DNA from: Candidatus Limnocylindrales bacterium
GTDB taxonomy: Bacteria; Chloroflexota; Limnocylindria; Limnocylindrales; CSP1-4
NCBI GenBank assembly: GCA_038214375.1
Contig: JBBQRX010000014.1
Span: forward strand, 1,961 to 65,960
Length of the DNA stretch: 64,000 nt
Direction: 5' to 3'
The notes beneath the pieces were generated by a model. It saw nothing but the letters and a program-made list of their open reading frames with translations, made no database searches and was not told the DNA's origin. A program made the translations under genes and the position numbers. Of the stretch, positions 12,776 to 25,674 are shown piece after piece. How positions within the stretch are numbered: the stretch's first letter is position 1; each line of letters begins with the position of its first letter.

Positions 12776-13753
12776 TCAGGTCAGCGGGCTTCGCGAGGCG
12801 GCTGCGCCCTGCCCGGCCGCCACGAAGGCGGCGGCGGTCTCGGCGGCCGTGGAGGTGTTCGCGGAACGTGGCGTGCGGCGCACGCCGGCGAGCAGGCCGC
12901 GGATCTCGCCGGCATCGGCCGGGGCGAGCTTGGCGAGTGCGTCGCGGACGACCCACGCCCGCGCGCCGTCGGACGTGGCTGCGGCGCGGACCGCCTCCTG
13001 TCGGCAGAACGCCGTCACGGCGGCGGAATCGACGGCCGCGAGGTTGCGGAGCGCCCAGCTGAGCGCCTTCTGGACATCTGACTCCGGGTCCCCGATCAGG
13101 AGCCCCACGAGCGCGAGGCCTCGATGCGCGACGTCCGGGGTCCGTCCGGTGGCCCCATCCACGAACGGGATCGTCGCGACCGTGGAGCCGACGAGCCGGC
13201 GCTCCCAGCGGCTGGGGCTGTAGACGAGCTGCTCGAGCTCCGCCCAGCGGTAGGGCTCCCCGAGGATACCGGACCCGATCGTCGTCGCGAGCGTGTCGAC
13301 GGTGATCCAGTCGTCCGCCTCGGCCGCCAGACCGCGGATGACCTGCCAGGCCTGCTCGGGCTCGTCCGGCAGGATCCGGGCGAGGAGCCAGCAGGCGAAC
13401 CAGCGCAGCTCCCGGATCGGGTCGCGGACGAGCGCCTCCGCGACGGGAAGCAGCCGCGCGGCACGGACGCCCCGCAGCTCGCGCGAAAGTGAGTGGTGGA
13501 TGGCGCCGAGGAGCGGAAGCCGGACGCCGAGCAGCGGCCCGATCCCGGGCGCCACCAGCCGCTGGCCAGCCAGGTACACCGGATCGGCCAGCGCCGCGAG
13601 GCCGTCCCGGACGGCGGCGACGAAACGCGCCGGCTCGTCGATCGCGTCCGCGAGGTCACGCCCCAGCGCACGCGCCGGGCCTATGTGCGCCGCGACGAAC
13701 GCAGTCGAGGCGAGCGTCGTCGGGCTTGGCGTCTCGGATGCCGGGACGGCCAT
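12776..13753 (-). CDS. DNA alkylation repair (AlkD-like HEAT repeat) protein
   Basis: LLGVRLPLL, DDWITVDTLA, SPSRWERR, DPESDVQKALSWALR; ATG overlaps the upstream stop (TGATG). Confidence 0.75.
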   Translation of the reverse strand: MAVPASETPSPTTLASTAFVAAHIGPARALGRDLADAIDEPARFVAAVRDGLAALADPVYLAGQRLVAPGIGPLLGVRLPLLGAIHHSLSRELRGVRAARLLPVAEALVRDPIRELRWFACWLLARILPDEPEQAWQVIRGLAAEADDWITVDTLATTIGSGILGEPYRWAELEQLVYSPSRWERRLVGSTVATIPFVDGATGRTPDVAHRGLALVGLLIGDPESDVQKALSWALRNLAAVDSAAVTAFCRQEAVRAAATSDGARAWVVRDALAKLAPADAGEIRGLLAGVRRTPRSANTSTAAETAAAFVAAGQGAAASRSPLT

Positions 13754-14277
13754 CACAGCGCGGCCTTCCCGAGCCCATCGAGGGTATCGAGCGCGGCCCC
13801 GGCCGCCGTGTCGTCCTCCGGGATCAGGCGGAAGCGGTACCGATCCTTAAGTGCCTGCTTACGGTCAAGAGGAGCGGCCACGTACAGGGCGTCGGCCGTT
13901 GCCAGCAGCTCGCCGGACTCGACGTCCACCAACTCCGCTCGCGTCGTCAGGACCCGCCGGCGGCGCTCGACCAGGTGGCCCTCCGCGCGCACGCGGCGAC
14001 CGATCGGCGTCGGGCGCCGATACTCGATCGTGAGCTTTGCCGTGTACCCCCACGAGTCGGCGCTCGCGAGCGCCCAGCCCATCACCTCGTCGAGAATCGT
14101 GGCGACGATCCCGCCGTGGGTGATCTCCTCCCAGCCCTGGAAGTCCGGCGCGAGCGTCGTCTCCGTCCAGCAGGTGTCGCCGGCCACGTGGAGCACGAGG
14201 CGCAGGCCCACGGCGTTCAGCTCGCCGCACGCGAAGCAGCTGTGGGGTGCGACCTCGAAGCGACCCGCCGTGGTCAC
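13753..14277 (-). CDS. PaaI family (hotdog) thioesterase
   Basis: CFACG...FQGWEEITHGGIVATILDEVM, TAKLTIEYRRPTP; GTG after GAGG. Confidence 0.85.
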   Translation of the reverse strand: MTTAGRFEVAPHSCFACGELNAVGLRLVLHVAGDTCWTETTLAPDFQGWEEITHGGIVATILDEVMGWALASADSWGYTAKLTIEYRRPTPIGRRVRAEGHLVERRRRVLTTRAELVDVESGELLATADALYVAAPLDRKQALKDRYRFRLIPEDDTAAGAALDTLDGLGKAAL

Positions 14278-14281
14278 GACC

Positions 14282-17162
<2,881 letters not shown>

Positions 17163-17166
<4 letters not shown>

Positions 17167-18134
17167 CCGGGGCCTCCCGGGACGGCGATGCCGGTGGCGA
17201 TTGCGGCCCGAGATCGCCCACGGGCGAGGGAGGGCGCGCCTTCAGCGGAGCCGGACATGACATCGGTCACCGCGCCCCCCTCGTGGGCCGCCGGCACGCC
17301 GTCGGAGATGACGGACGGTCCCGCGTGCACCGGCGCACCGTCGCGCTCTCCGGTCGGCCGCCCGGCCTCGTGTTCGAGCCTCCCCCACAGCTCGGTCGCC
17401 AGGTCCCGGTAGGCCGTCGCGCCCCGGCTCTCGGGTGCGTACGCGGCGATCGGGCGGCCGTGGCTGGGTGCCTCGGCGAGCCGCACGCTGCGTGGCACCA
17501 CGGTCCGGAAGACGGCCGTCCCCAGGTGATCGCGGACCTCGGCGGCCACTTCCGCAGAGAGGTTCGTCCGTGCATCAAACATCGTGAGCAGGACGCCCTC
17601 GACCGCAAGGTCGGGGTTCAGGTGGTCGCGGATGAGGTGGATCGTGGCGATCAGCTGCGACAGCCCCTCGAGGGCGTAGTACTCGCACTGCATCGGGATC
17701 AGCACGGCGTCTGCTGCGGTCAGGGCATTGACCGTGAGCAGCCCGAGCGACGGCGGGCAGTCGATGAACACGACGTCGAACTCGGTCCGGATGGACGCGA
17801 TGACGCGGCTCAGACGTCGCTCGCGCTGAGCTACACCGGCGAGCTCGACCTCGGCGCCGGCGAGCGCGATCGACGACGGCACGAGCGAGAGCCCGGGTGT
17901 CTTGGTCTGCACGATGAGCGTGCCGAGGTCCACGCCGCCCATGAGTGCGTCGTAGACGGACGCGCCAGCCGCAGCCCGCCGCGCACCGAGGCCGCTGGTG
18001 GCGTTTCCCTGGGGGTCGAGATCGACCACGAGCACCCGACGGCCATCTCCGGCAAGGAACGCCGCGAGGTTGACGACGGTTGTGGTCTTCCCGACGCCAC
18101 CCTTCTGGTTGGCGCACGCAAGCATCCGGCCCAC
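17163..18134 (-). CDS. parA: ParA/Soj ATPase
   Basis: MGRMLACANQKGGVGKTT, DLDPQGNAT, DCPPSLG, RSVRLAEAPSHG; GTG start inferred; Ala/Gly-rich C-tail. Confidence 0.95.
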
Positions 18135-18370
18135 TACAGGCCACTCTCCCTGGGAATCACGCCCCAAGTCTACCATTCCGACCCCCTCCGACCTTCGGAT
18201 GGGAGCGTGACGGGCGTGCCTTCGCTGGCACGTATCGCCCGCTTTCGTCCGTCTGCACGGGCGCTCGCTCGCACGAGAAGCGGGCGTGCGGACAGCCGCC
18301 GGTGGGGCGAAGACCGGGCACGGCGCGGGTATCGGGTCGCGCCGCCCGTCTCCTCTAGTTCGCGTGGAAC

Positions 18371-18386
18371 TGTTTCACGTGAAACC
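18371..18386. promoter_or_regulatory. parS site
   Basis: TGTTTCACGTGAAACC, 15/16 match to TGTTTCACGTGAAACA, about 240 bp from parA; a degenerate copy (tagttcgcgtggaact) directly precedes it. Confidence 0.9.
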
Positions 18387-18528
18387 GAGCGGGAGCTCGA
18401 CGCCGACCTCTGCCAGCCGGACGTCCGGGTGGGCAAGTTGTTCCCTCTCGGTATACTCGGAAGGCAGGTCCGGCGGTTCGAGCGATTGCCGTGCAGTCGG
18501 GCTGCCGGTTCACTGAGGAACGACCGCC

Positions 18529-19035
18529 ATGAGCCTGGTTCTCGCAGCGGTCGGGGCGGCAGTGGCTGCGCTGATCCAGTCATCAATCCTGCCGTTCACC
18601 GCCGCCGGTGGCGCGGGGCTCGATCTCGTCCTCGTTCTCGCCGTCGTCTGGACGATGACGGTGGGCCTCGACGGTGGCCTTGTCTGGGCCTTCCTCGGAG
18701 GGCTGATCATCGACGTACTGCTCATGCGGCCGCTCGGCCTGACCGCGTTCGTGCTCCTTCTCGCCGTCGGCGCCGCGTGGCTCGTCGGCCGGATATCGCC
18801 GCGCGCCTTCTATCCGGTCATCGTGGCGACCGTGGCGATCACGGCGGGCCTCGCGTCCGTCCTGACCGTCGTGCTCTTCGGTGCGCTTCGTGGGCTCCCA
18901 CCCGGCGTCGAGCCGCTTTCACAGGTGGTCCCGACCGGCTTGCTCGCCGGTCTCGTGGCCGCCGTGTTCGCACCCGTCCCGATGATCATTCGCCGCCGAC
19001 GGTTCGCCGAAGAGACCGAGCGGGTGGACTGGTGA
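18529..19035 (+). CDS. mreD: Rod shape-determining protein MreD
   Basis: Multi-TM; DLVLVLAVVW, GGLVWAFLGGLIIDVL...PLG; first gene before PBP2/rodA. Confidence 0.85.
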   Translation: MSLVLAAVGAAVAALIQSSILPFTAAGGAGLDLVLVLAVVWTMTVGLDGGLVWAFLGGLIIDVLLMRPLGLTAFVLLLAVGAAWLVGRISPRAFYPVIVATVAITAGLASVLTVVLFGALRGLPPGVEPLSQVVPTGLLAGLVAAVFAPVPMIIRRRRFAEETERVDW

Positions 19036-20969
19036 GCGTTCTCCAGACCCCCGCGACGCACGAGCGACGCCCAGCCCGGTTCGTCGCCTTTGCCCTCGTG
19101 GCAGTCCTCGCCTTGGGTGGGTTGACCACGCGCCTCTTCGCGATGCAGCTCGCCGCGGCTCCGGCGCCGGCTCAGGCCCCGGCGGTCGTCCTGCCCGTCG
19201 CCGAGGCGGGCCGCCAGATCGTGACCGAGCCAGTTCCATCGACGAGGGGGCTCATCTACGACCGAAGCAAGCATCTCCTCGTCGAGAACGTTCCGACCTT
19301 CACGGTATCGGTTCGACCGGCCGACCTGCCGTTGAGCCAGCAGCCCGAGGTGATCGGGAGGCTCGCAGGATTGCTCGACCTCGCGGCGACCACGATCACG
19401 GAGACACTCGACGGGGCAATCGGCTCCCGGTTTGATCCGGTGGCGATCGCGCACGACGTTCCCGAGCAGACGGCCCGCCTGATCTCCGAGGACAGCCTGA
19501 CGCTCCCCGGCGTCGAGGTGACGGTCGAGGCGCGGCGTGACTACCTCGATGGGCCGCTGTTCACCCAGCTGATCGGCTGGACGGGACCGATCGACGCGGC
19601 CAGCTACGCGTCGCTCAAGCGCCAGGGCTACCTCCCCGACGACCGGATCGGGAAAGCCGGAGTGGAATCGACCTACGAATCGGCGCTCCGCGGCGCCTAC
19701 GGGGTTCGGGAGGTCGAGAAGGACGGCACTGGACGCACGCTCCGCGTGCTCTCCACGACCACGCCTCCGCAGGCCGGCGACTCGCTGGTCCTGACGATCG
19801 ACGCGAAGGAGCAGCGCCTGGCGCAGCAGGCGCTCGACTGGGGCCTCAAGAAGGCCGGCGTGCGGCGGGGTGCGATCGTCGTGATGAATCCGCAGACGGG
19901 CGAGGTCCTCGCCATGGTCAGCGAGCCCACGTATGACGCCAACCTCTTCTCCCGAGGGATCACGACGGCCGCGTTCCAGAAGCTCCTTGCGGACAAGGAT
20001 CTGCCGCTCATGAACCACGCGATCGGTGACATCCAGCCGCCCGGATCGACGTACAAGCTGGTCACCGGCTCCGGAGTGCTCGCTGACAGGAAGCTCGGCC
20101 TGACCGAGACCGTGCTGAGCAAGCCCTACGTCCAGCTTGGGTCCACGCTCTTCTGGGAGTGGAATCGAGCCGGTTGGGGACCCCTCGACATCAAGGACGG
20201 GTTCGCCCACTCCAGCGACACTTTCTTCTACCAGCTCTCGGAGCGACTCGGAATTGCCCGACTCGCGTTCTGGGCTCGTCAGTACGGGTTCGGCTCGACG
20301 ACCGGGATCGACCTTCCGGCCGAGGCAGGCGGCCTCGTGCCCTCGGATCCGTGGAAGCTCGACACGTTCGGCCAGACGATCTTCCCGGGTGAGGTGCTCC
20401 AGGCCGGGATCGGTCAGGGCTACGACCTCGCCACACCGCTCCAGGTGGCCAACGCGTATGCCGCGATGGCGAACGGCGGCACGCTCTACCAGCCCCAGGT
20501 CGTGCGCGAGATCGTGAGCCCGGATGGCGCGGTGATTCGGCCGTTCACGCCGAAGGTGGTCCGAAAGATCGCCGCGCCGAGCTGGGTCTTCACGACGATG
20601 CGCGAGGCGGCACGCCGCGTGGTCACGAGCCGGCACACCTACAACCTCGTCGACCTCCCGATCGTCGTCGCCGGGAAAACCGGTACGGCCGAGTTCGGCC
20701 TGCGCGACAAGAACGGCGTGCTTCCCTACCACAACTGGTTTGCCGGCTTCACACCGAAGAAGGCCTGGACGAAGGACAACCCGACGGGCGACGTCTCGAA
20801 GCCGGACTCGCAGCTCGCGTTCGCGGTCTTCATCTACAACGCCGGCACGCTCGGCAACACGGCGACCGAGGTCGCCAAGTACTACCTGCAGCTCCACTAC
20901 GGGATCACCAAGGATTACCGGCTGCCGCAGCTCGTCGTCCGCTCCAACTTCTACGAGGGCGGCCGCTGA
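19032..20969 (+). CDS. mrdA: Penicillin-binding protein 2 (class B)
   Basis: GTG overlapping the mreD stop; RGLIYDR, GKAGVE, STYK (SxxK), SSD, KTGT. Confidence 0.95.
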   Translation: MSVLQTPATHERRPARFVAFALVAVLALGGLTTRLFAMQLAAAPAPAQAPAVVLPVAEAGRQIVTEPVPSTRGLIYDRSKHLLVENVPTFTVSVRPADLPLSQQPEVIGRLAGLLDLAATTITETLDGAIGSRFDPVAIAHDVPEQTARLISEDSLTLPGVEVTVEARRDYLDGPLFTQLIGWTGPIDAASYASLKRQGYLPDDRIGKAGVESTYESALRGAYGVREVEKDGTGRTLRVLSTTTPPQAGDSLVLTIDAKEQRLAQQALDWGLKKAGVRRGAIVVMNPQTGEVLAMVSEPTYDANLFSRGITTAAFQKLLADKDLPLMNHAIGDIQPPGSTYKLVTGSGVLADRKLGLTETVLSKPYVQLGSTLFWEWNRAGWGPLDIKDGFAHSSDTFFYQLSERLGIARLAFWARQYGFGSTTGIDLPAEAGGLVPSDPWKLDTFGQTIFPGEVLQAGIGQGYDLATPLQVANAYAAMANGGTLYQPQVVREIVSPDGAVIRPFTPKVVRKIAAPSWVFTTMREAARRVVTSRHTYNLVDLPIVVAGKTGTAEFGLRDKNGVLPYHNWFAGFTPKKAWTKDNPTGDVSKPDSQLAFAVFIYNAGTLGNTATEVAKYYLQLHYGITKDYRLPQLVVRSNFYEGGR

Positions 20970-22132
20970 TGGGTGTCCTCCGCGTCGAGCGCGACGCCCC
21001 CACCGGGCTCGCCGCCCGCGTCGGCGGGGTTGCGTGGCGCGACTTCGACGTGCAGCTCTTCGTCTACGCGGTGCTGCTCGCCACGCTCGGGCTCACCATG
21101 GCCTACAGCAACACCGCCGCCCAGCTCGCCGGCGAGGCGTCGCAGGGCGGGACCACGTTCGTCCGCGGCGTGGTGTGGGCCGTGGTGGCGCTCGTCGCCT
21201 TCGCCGCGGCCATGGCGTTCGACTACACGTGGCTGAAGGCGTTCTCGTGGCCCATCTACGTCATGAATCTCGCGCTCCTGGTTGCCTCCCTCGCCCTTGG
21301 CAGCTCCGACGCGGTCTCGGCCCGCTGGGTTTCGATCTTCGGGCTCCAGTTCCAGTTCAGCGAGATTGCCAAGATCCTCATGATCGTCGTGCTCGCGCGG
21401 TACCTTGCGGACCGCGACCGGCGCCTGGATTCGCTGGCGGCGATCGTCGGCGCGTGCCTCGTCGTAATCCCTCCCTGGGTTCTCGTGCTGCTCCAGCCGG
21501 ACCTCGGGACGTCGCTCGTGTTCATCGCCGTCCTTGTCGGGATGCTGTTCATGGCGGGCGCCAGCCTGCGCTGGCTCGGAGCGCTGGCCGTCGCGACCCT
21601 CGCAGCGCTGCCGCTGGTCTGGACGTATGTGCTGCACGACTACCAGAAGGAGCGCCTGACGAGCTTTCTCGACCCGGCGAAGGACCCCCTCGGCGCCGGC
21701 TTCCAGCTGCTCACGGCGCAGAAGGCCGTGAGCTCCGGCGGGCTGCTCGGCGCAGGCCTGACGAACGGCGCCCAGAGCCAGTCGAACCTGCTCCCGGTCC
21801 AGGCAACCGACTTCGTCTTCGCCGTCCTCGCGGAGGAGCTCGGGTTCATCGGCTGCGTCGTCGTCTTCCTGCTCTTTGCAGCCCTGCTGTGGCGGATTCT
21901 CACCATCGCCTGGCGCTCGCGCGACCCGTTCGGGCTGATGTTCGGGGCGGGGGTCGCCTCGATGATCCTGTTCCAGATCGTGGTCAACGTCGGGATGGTG
22001 CTGGGCATGATGCCGATCACCGGCATCCCGCTCCCGTTCATCACGCACGGCGGCGCATCGCTCGTCAGCATCGCGATCGGGCTCGGGATCCTCCAGAGCA
22101 TCGCCATGCGCCAGCAGCGCGCCGAGTGGTGA
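20969..22132 (+). CDS. rodA: Rod shape-determining protein RodA (SEDS)
   Basis: QFSEIAK, QPDLGT, TDFVFAVLAEELG, PITGIPLPFITHGG. Confidence 0.95.
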   Translation: MGVLRVERDAPTGLAARVGGVAWRDFDVQLFVYAVLLATLGLTMAYSNTAAQLAGEASQGGTTFVRGVVWAVVALVAFAAAMAFDYTWLKAFSWPIYVMNLALLVASLALGSSDAVSARWVSIFGLQFQFSEIAKILMIVVLARYLADRDRRLDSLAAIVGACLVVIPPWVLVLLQPDLGTSLVFIAVLVGMLFMAGASLRWLGALAVATLAALPLVWTYVLHDYQKERLTSFLDPAKDPLGAGFQLLTAQKAVSSGGLLGAGLTNGAQSQSNLLPVQATDFVFAVLAEELGFIGCVVVFLLFAALLWRILTIAWRSRDPFGLMFGAGVASMILFQIVVNVGMVLGMMPITGIPLPFITHGGASLVSIAIGLGILQSIAMRQQRAEW

Positions 22133-22232
22133 CGCGCCACGGGGGCTGCCCGGCAGTCCCGACCGATTCGCCCGAGGACGTGGATCGACGCGCAGTTCGA
22201 CGGCACCCGCCGGCCAGATTGCGCCCCCGGCC

Positions 22233-23138
22233 GTGACCCAGGGGAACCCGGCCGCGCCGCCGTCGGGTGGACTGCCCGACGCGCCAACGCCGGGTGGGCG
22301 TCCCGGGCCACCCACGGGCACGTCGGGTGGAATGCCCGGCGCGCCCGCGCCGCCGCCGGGTGGACTGCCCGGCGCCGCGCCAACGAATCCGCCGGCGGTC
22401 GGACCCTCGAGCGCCCGGCCGGGCGCGCGGCCCCCGAACCTGCCGCGCCAGCGCTGGCGACTCTGGCTGCGCTTGCCGGCGGTGCACGTGCCGGGCGAGC
22501 TCCCCGCCGGCGCAGGTGCGTGGGCGACCCTGCTCGAGCGGGGCGGGTTGCCACTCGCCGGCGAGCCCGGGCGCGGCCGCGTCGTGCCGGCTGCGCAGCT
22601 CCCGCTGGGCTTCCTCGGGGAACGCGAGATCCTCGACGTGATGCTCTCCGTGCGACTCTCGCTCGTCGACGTGCGCGAGCGAGTCCAGGCCGCGCTCCCC
22701 GCCTCGGTCGAGCTCGTCGATCTCCACGACGTCTGGGTCGGCGCGCCATCCGTGCCGGCGGCGCTGATCGCGGCGGACTACCGGGTCGAGATCGCCGGGG
22801 CCCCGGTGCCGCAGCTCCGGGTTGCGGCCGAGGCGCTCCTCGGGGCCGCGGAGCTGCCCCACGAACGGCGCCGCGAGAAGAAGACCCAGGCCTTCGACCT
22901 GCGGCCGCTCATCGTCTCGATCTCGGTAACCGCTGTCATCCCGCCCGCCGGCGCGGCGGCGAGCGACAGTCCCTCGGCCCACCTGCGGGTCCGCCTCCGC
23001 CACCGCCCGGATGCGGTGGGGCGACCCGAGGACGTCATCGCGGCGCTCGGCGCCCCGCCGGCACCACCGCTCGGCGGCGAGATTCGCGTGCTCGGGATCG
23101 CCCGCGAGCGGCTGGTGCTCCGAGGTGACGGAGCCTGA
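22233..23138 (+). CDS. DUF2344 / TIGR03936-like radical-SAM-linked protein (divergent), repetitive N-terminus
   Basis: AAQLPLGFLGEREILDV, KKTQAFDLRPLI, GRPEDVI, IARERL; sits between rodA and rplU as usual. Confidence 0.7.
   Translation: MTQGNPAAPPSGGLPDAPTPGGRPGPPTGTSGGMPGAPAPPPGGLPGAAPTNPPAVGPSSARPGARPPNLPRQRWRLWLRLPAVHVPGELPAGAGAWATLLERGGLPLAGEPGRGRVVPAAQLPLGFLGEREILDVMLSVRLSLVDVRERVQAALPASVELVDLHDVWVGAPSVPAALIAADYRVEIAGAPVPQLRVAAEALLGAAELPHERRREKKTQAFDLRPLIVSISVTAVIPPAGAAASDSPSAHLRVRLRHRPDAVGRPEDVIAALGAPPAPPLGGEIRVLGIARERLVLRGDGA
22255..22385. repeat. Imperfect repeats cg(t/c)cgggtgga(c/a)tgccc at the DUF2344 N-terminus
   Basis: Encodes GGLPDAP / GGRPGPP / GGMPGAP / GGLPGAA. Confidence 0.65.
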
Positions 23139-23200
23139 GGTCCGGCGCCAACTCGGGTCGACGGCTCATCGATCGCGCGGTCGTGGCGGTCGCCGGCCGT

Positions 23201-23229
23201 TTGACCTGAGCGGCGGACGGCCGTACACT
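23201..23229 (+). promoter_or_regulatory. Sigma70 promoter TTGACC-N17-TACACT for rplU-rpmA-rpmE
   Basis: Near-consensus hexamers, 17-nt spacer. Confidence 0.7.
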
Positions 23230-23317
23230 CCCCATTCGCGCCCGAGTCCACCGGGCGATCCGTTTGCGCCCACCACAGGCCGGCACGTCGCGCCCGCCGA
23301 GCACCACCCGGAGACCC

Positions 23318-23944
23318 ATGTACGCAGTCATCGAGACCGGCGGGAAGCAGTATCACGTCGAAGTCGGAACCGAGCTCGCGGTCGAGCTCCTCGACGTCGA
23401 GCCCGGCCAGGAGATCACCCTCGACCGCGTCCTGCTGGTCGCGGACGGGGACGAGGCCGCGATCGGCCGACCTCTCGTCGAGGGGGCCGTCGTCAGCGCC
23501 ACGGTCCTGCGGGCCGACCGCGCCGACAAGGTGATCTCGTTCAAATACAAGCCGAAGGCCCGACGCCGCGTGAAGAAGGGCCATCGCCAGGAGCAGACGA
23601 TCCTGCGAGTCACGGACGTCATGCTCAACGGCAAGAGCGCCGCAGAGACCGAGCGGGTCGCCGAGGAGGCTCGGAAGACCGAGCGCCAGCGACTCGCCGA
23701 GGCTGCTGCCACGCAGGCAACCGCCGACGCGGCCCTCGCGGCGAGCCTGGCCTCCAAGGCTGCCGCGGCCGAGGCAGCCGCTGCCCCCGCCGACGCGACG
23801 AAGAAGCCGGCCCGCGCCCCGACCCCGAAGGCCACGTCGCCCGCCGCGGACAAGGCAAAGCCCGGAGCCGCGAAGGCGAAGCCCGCAGCGACGAAGGCGA
23901 AGCCCGCAGCCAAGCGCCCCGGCGCCGCGAAGAAGGAAGACTGA
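23318..23944 (+). CDS. rplU: 50S ribosomal protein bL21 with long Ala/Lys-rich C-terminal extension
   Basis: MYAVIETGGKQY...KGHRQEQT; about 100 extra residues with AKAKPAA repeats. Confidence 0.95.
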   Translation: MYAVIETGGKQYHVEVGTELAVELLDVEPGQEITLDRVLLVADGDEAAIGRPLVEGAVVSATVLRADRADKVISFKYKPKARRRVKKGHRQEQTILRVTDVMLNGKSAAETERVAEEARKTERQRLAEAAATQATADAALAASLASKAAAAEAAAAPADATKKPARAPTPKATSPAADKAKPGAAKAKPAATKAKPAAKRPGAAKKED

Positions 23945-23947
23945 TCG

Positions 23948-24250
23948 ATGGCCCACAAGAAAGCAGGCTCGAGCTCGAAGAACGGCCGCGACTCGGTCGG
24001 CCAGCGACTGGGCGTGAAGGTCGGTGACGGCCAGCTCGTGCCCGCCGGCTCGATCATCGTCCGCCAGCGGGGAATGACCTTCATCGCCGGCACCGGAACC
24101 GGCCTTGGTCGCGACTACACCGTCTTTGCGACGGTCGAGGGTCGCGTCCGCTTCGAGCACCAGACTCGACACAAGAAGCGCATCCGCGTCGAGCCCGTCA
24201 CCGAGGCAGCCCCGGCTGTCGAGGCCGAGCCCGCCGTCGCCGGCGCCTGA
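23948..24250 (+). CDS. rpmA: 50S ribosomal protein bL27
   Basis: [16 protein letters not shown]...IIVRQRG. Confidence 0.97.
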   Translation: MAHKKAGSSSKNGRDSVGQRLGVKVGDGQLVPAGSIIVRQRGMTFIAGTGTGLGRDYTVFATVEGRVRFEHQTRHKKRIRVEPVTEAAPAVEAEPAVAGA

Positions 24251-24290
24251 CCCCGGCACGAATCCCAGCCACACCGCCCCCGGAGACCCG

Positions 24291-24506
24291 ATGAAGCCGA
24301 ACATCCACCCCAAGTACCACGCCTCGAAGGTGCACTGCGCCACCTGCGGCACCGAGTTCCTCGTCGGGTCCACCCGCCCCGAGCTTCGCGTCGACGTCTG
24401 CGGCAACTGCCATCCGTTCTACACGGGCAAGCAGATGATCATGGACACGGCCGGCCAGGTCGAGCGGTTCCAGAAGCGCCTCGAGCGCGCCGCGACGGGC
24501 CGCTGA
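24291..24506 (+). CDS. rpmE: 50S ribosomal protein bL31 (Zn-binding type)
   Basis: MKPNIHPKY, CATC, CGNCHPFYTG. Confidence 0.97.
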   Translation: MKPNIHPKYHASKVHCATCGTEFLVGSTRPELRVDVCGNCHPFYTGKQMIMDTAGQVERFQKRLERAATGR

Positions 24507-24576
24507 CGGCTGGGTCGCATACGCCACGGCGGGCCGCCCGGCCCGCCGTCGTGATTCCCGGCCGGTAGCGTTGCCC

Positions 24577-25671
24577 ATGGCTCGTTTCTCGTACGGTGGC
24601 CAGGCCCTCATCGAGGGCGTCCTGATGCGCGGTCGCGACGTGGTCGCCGTGGCGCTGCGGCACCCGGACGGACGCATCGTGTGGGCCGACGAGAAGCTCG
24701 CAGTCGGGTTCCGCGCCACGCGTTGGGCGCGGCTCCCGTTCGTCCGCGGCCTCGTCGTCCTCTACGAGACGCTCGTCGTCGGGACACGATGGCTCGTTCG
24801 ATCCGCCGGCGTCGCGGCGGTCGAGGGCCTTGCGCCTGCAGCGGCGCCGGTCCCGCTGCCTCCCGTGGTCGCCGATCCGCGCGAGGCGCTGGGCCCGGAT
24901 GTCTCGCCGGATATGTCGCCTGTCGCCTCGCCGGTCGTCCTGCCGGCTCCCCCGGCTCCCCCGGCGCCTGCCGCCGACAGTGCGGAACTGGGGAAGGGCG
25001 CCGTCGCGCTCATGCTCGGCCTGACCCTGGTCTTCGGAGTCGGTCTCTTCTTCTTCGTGCCGCTCCTCCTCGCGAAGGCGATCGCCGGCGGCCAGAGCGG
25101 CCCCGTGGAGCGCGCCGTCGAGGGCGTCATCCAGGTGGTGATCTTCCTCGGCTACCTCTCGCTGATCGGGCGGACGTCGGACGTCCGGCGGACCTTCCAA
25201 TACCACGGCGCAGAGCACATGTCGATCCACGCCCTCGAGGCGGGAGACCCGCTGACGGTCGAGGCGATCCGCAAGTACCCGACCGCCCATCCGCGCTGCG
25301 GAACCGAGTTCCTGGTCGTCGTGATCCTCGTCTCGATCGTCGTCTTCAGCCTGGTCGGACGCCAGGAGATCCCGATCATGGTCGCCAGCCGGATCGTGCT
25401 CATCCCGGTGATCGCCGGGATCAGCTACGAGCTGCTCCGGTTCGGGGCGCGCCACCGTGCCAGCCGGCTCGTCCGCTGGCTCTTCCAGCCCGGGATCTGG
25501 GTCCAGAAGATCACCACCAAGCAGCCCACCGACGACATGCTCGAAGTCGCAATCGTCAGCCTCGAGCAGGCCCTGCTCGCCGACGGCGAGGCCCTGCCCG
25601 AGGGCTCCGGGCGAATCGGGCGCAGCCCGCTGGCCCTGTCTGCCGAGGCGCGACCGGCCACTGGGGCCTGA
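24577..25671 (+). CDS. DUF1385 domain membrane protein
   Basis: YGGQALIEGVLMR, YHGAEH, HPRCGT; conserved rpmE-DUF1385-prfA context. Confidence 0.9.
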   Translation: MARFSYGGQALIEGVLMRGRDVVAVALRHPDGRIVWADEKLAVGFRATRWARLPFVRGLVVLYETLVVGTRWLVRSAGVAAVEGLAPAAAPVPLPPVVADPREALGPDVSPDMSPVASPVVLPAPPAPPAPAADSAELGKGAVALMLGLTLVFGVGLFFFVPLLLAKAIAGGQSGPVERAVEGVIQVVIFLGYLSLIGRTSDVRRTFQYHGAEHMSIHALEAGDPLTVEAIRKYPTAHPRCGTEFLVVVILVSIVVFSLVGRQEIPIMVASRIVLIPVIAGISYELLRFGARHRASRLVRWLFQPGIWVQKITTKQPTDDMLEVAIVSLEQALLADGEALPEGSGRIGRSPLALSAEARPATGA

Positions 25672-25674
25672 CCG

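Noticed and set aside
18180-18528. oriC
   Set aside because: No DnaA boxes or AT-rich unwinding element visible.
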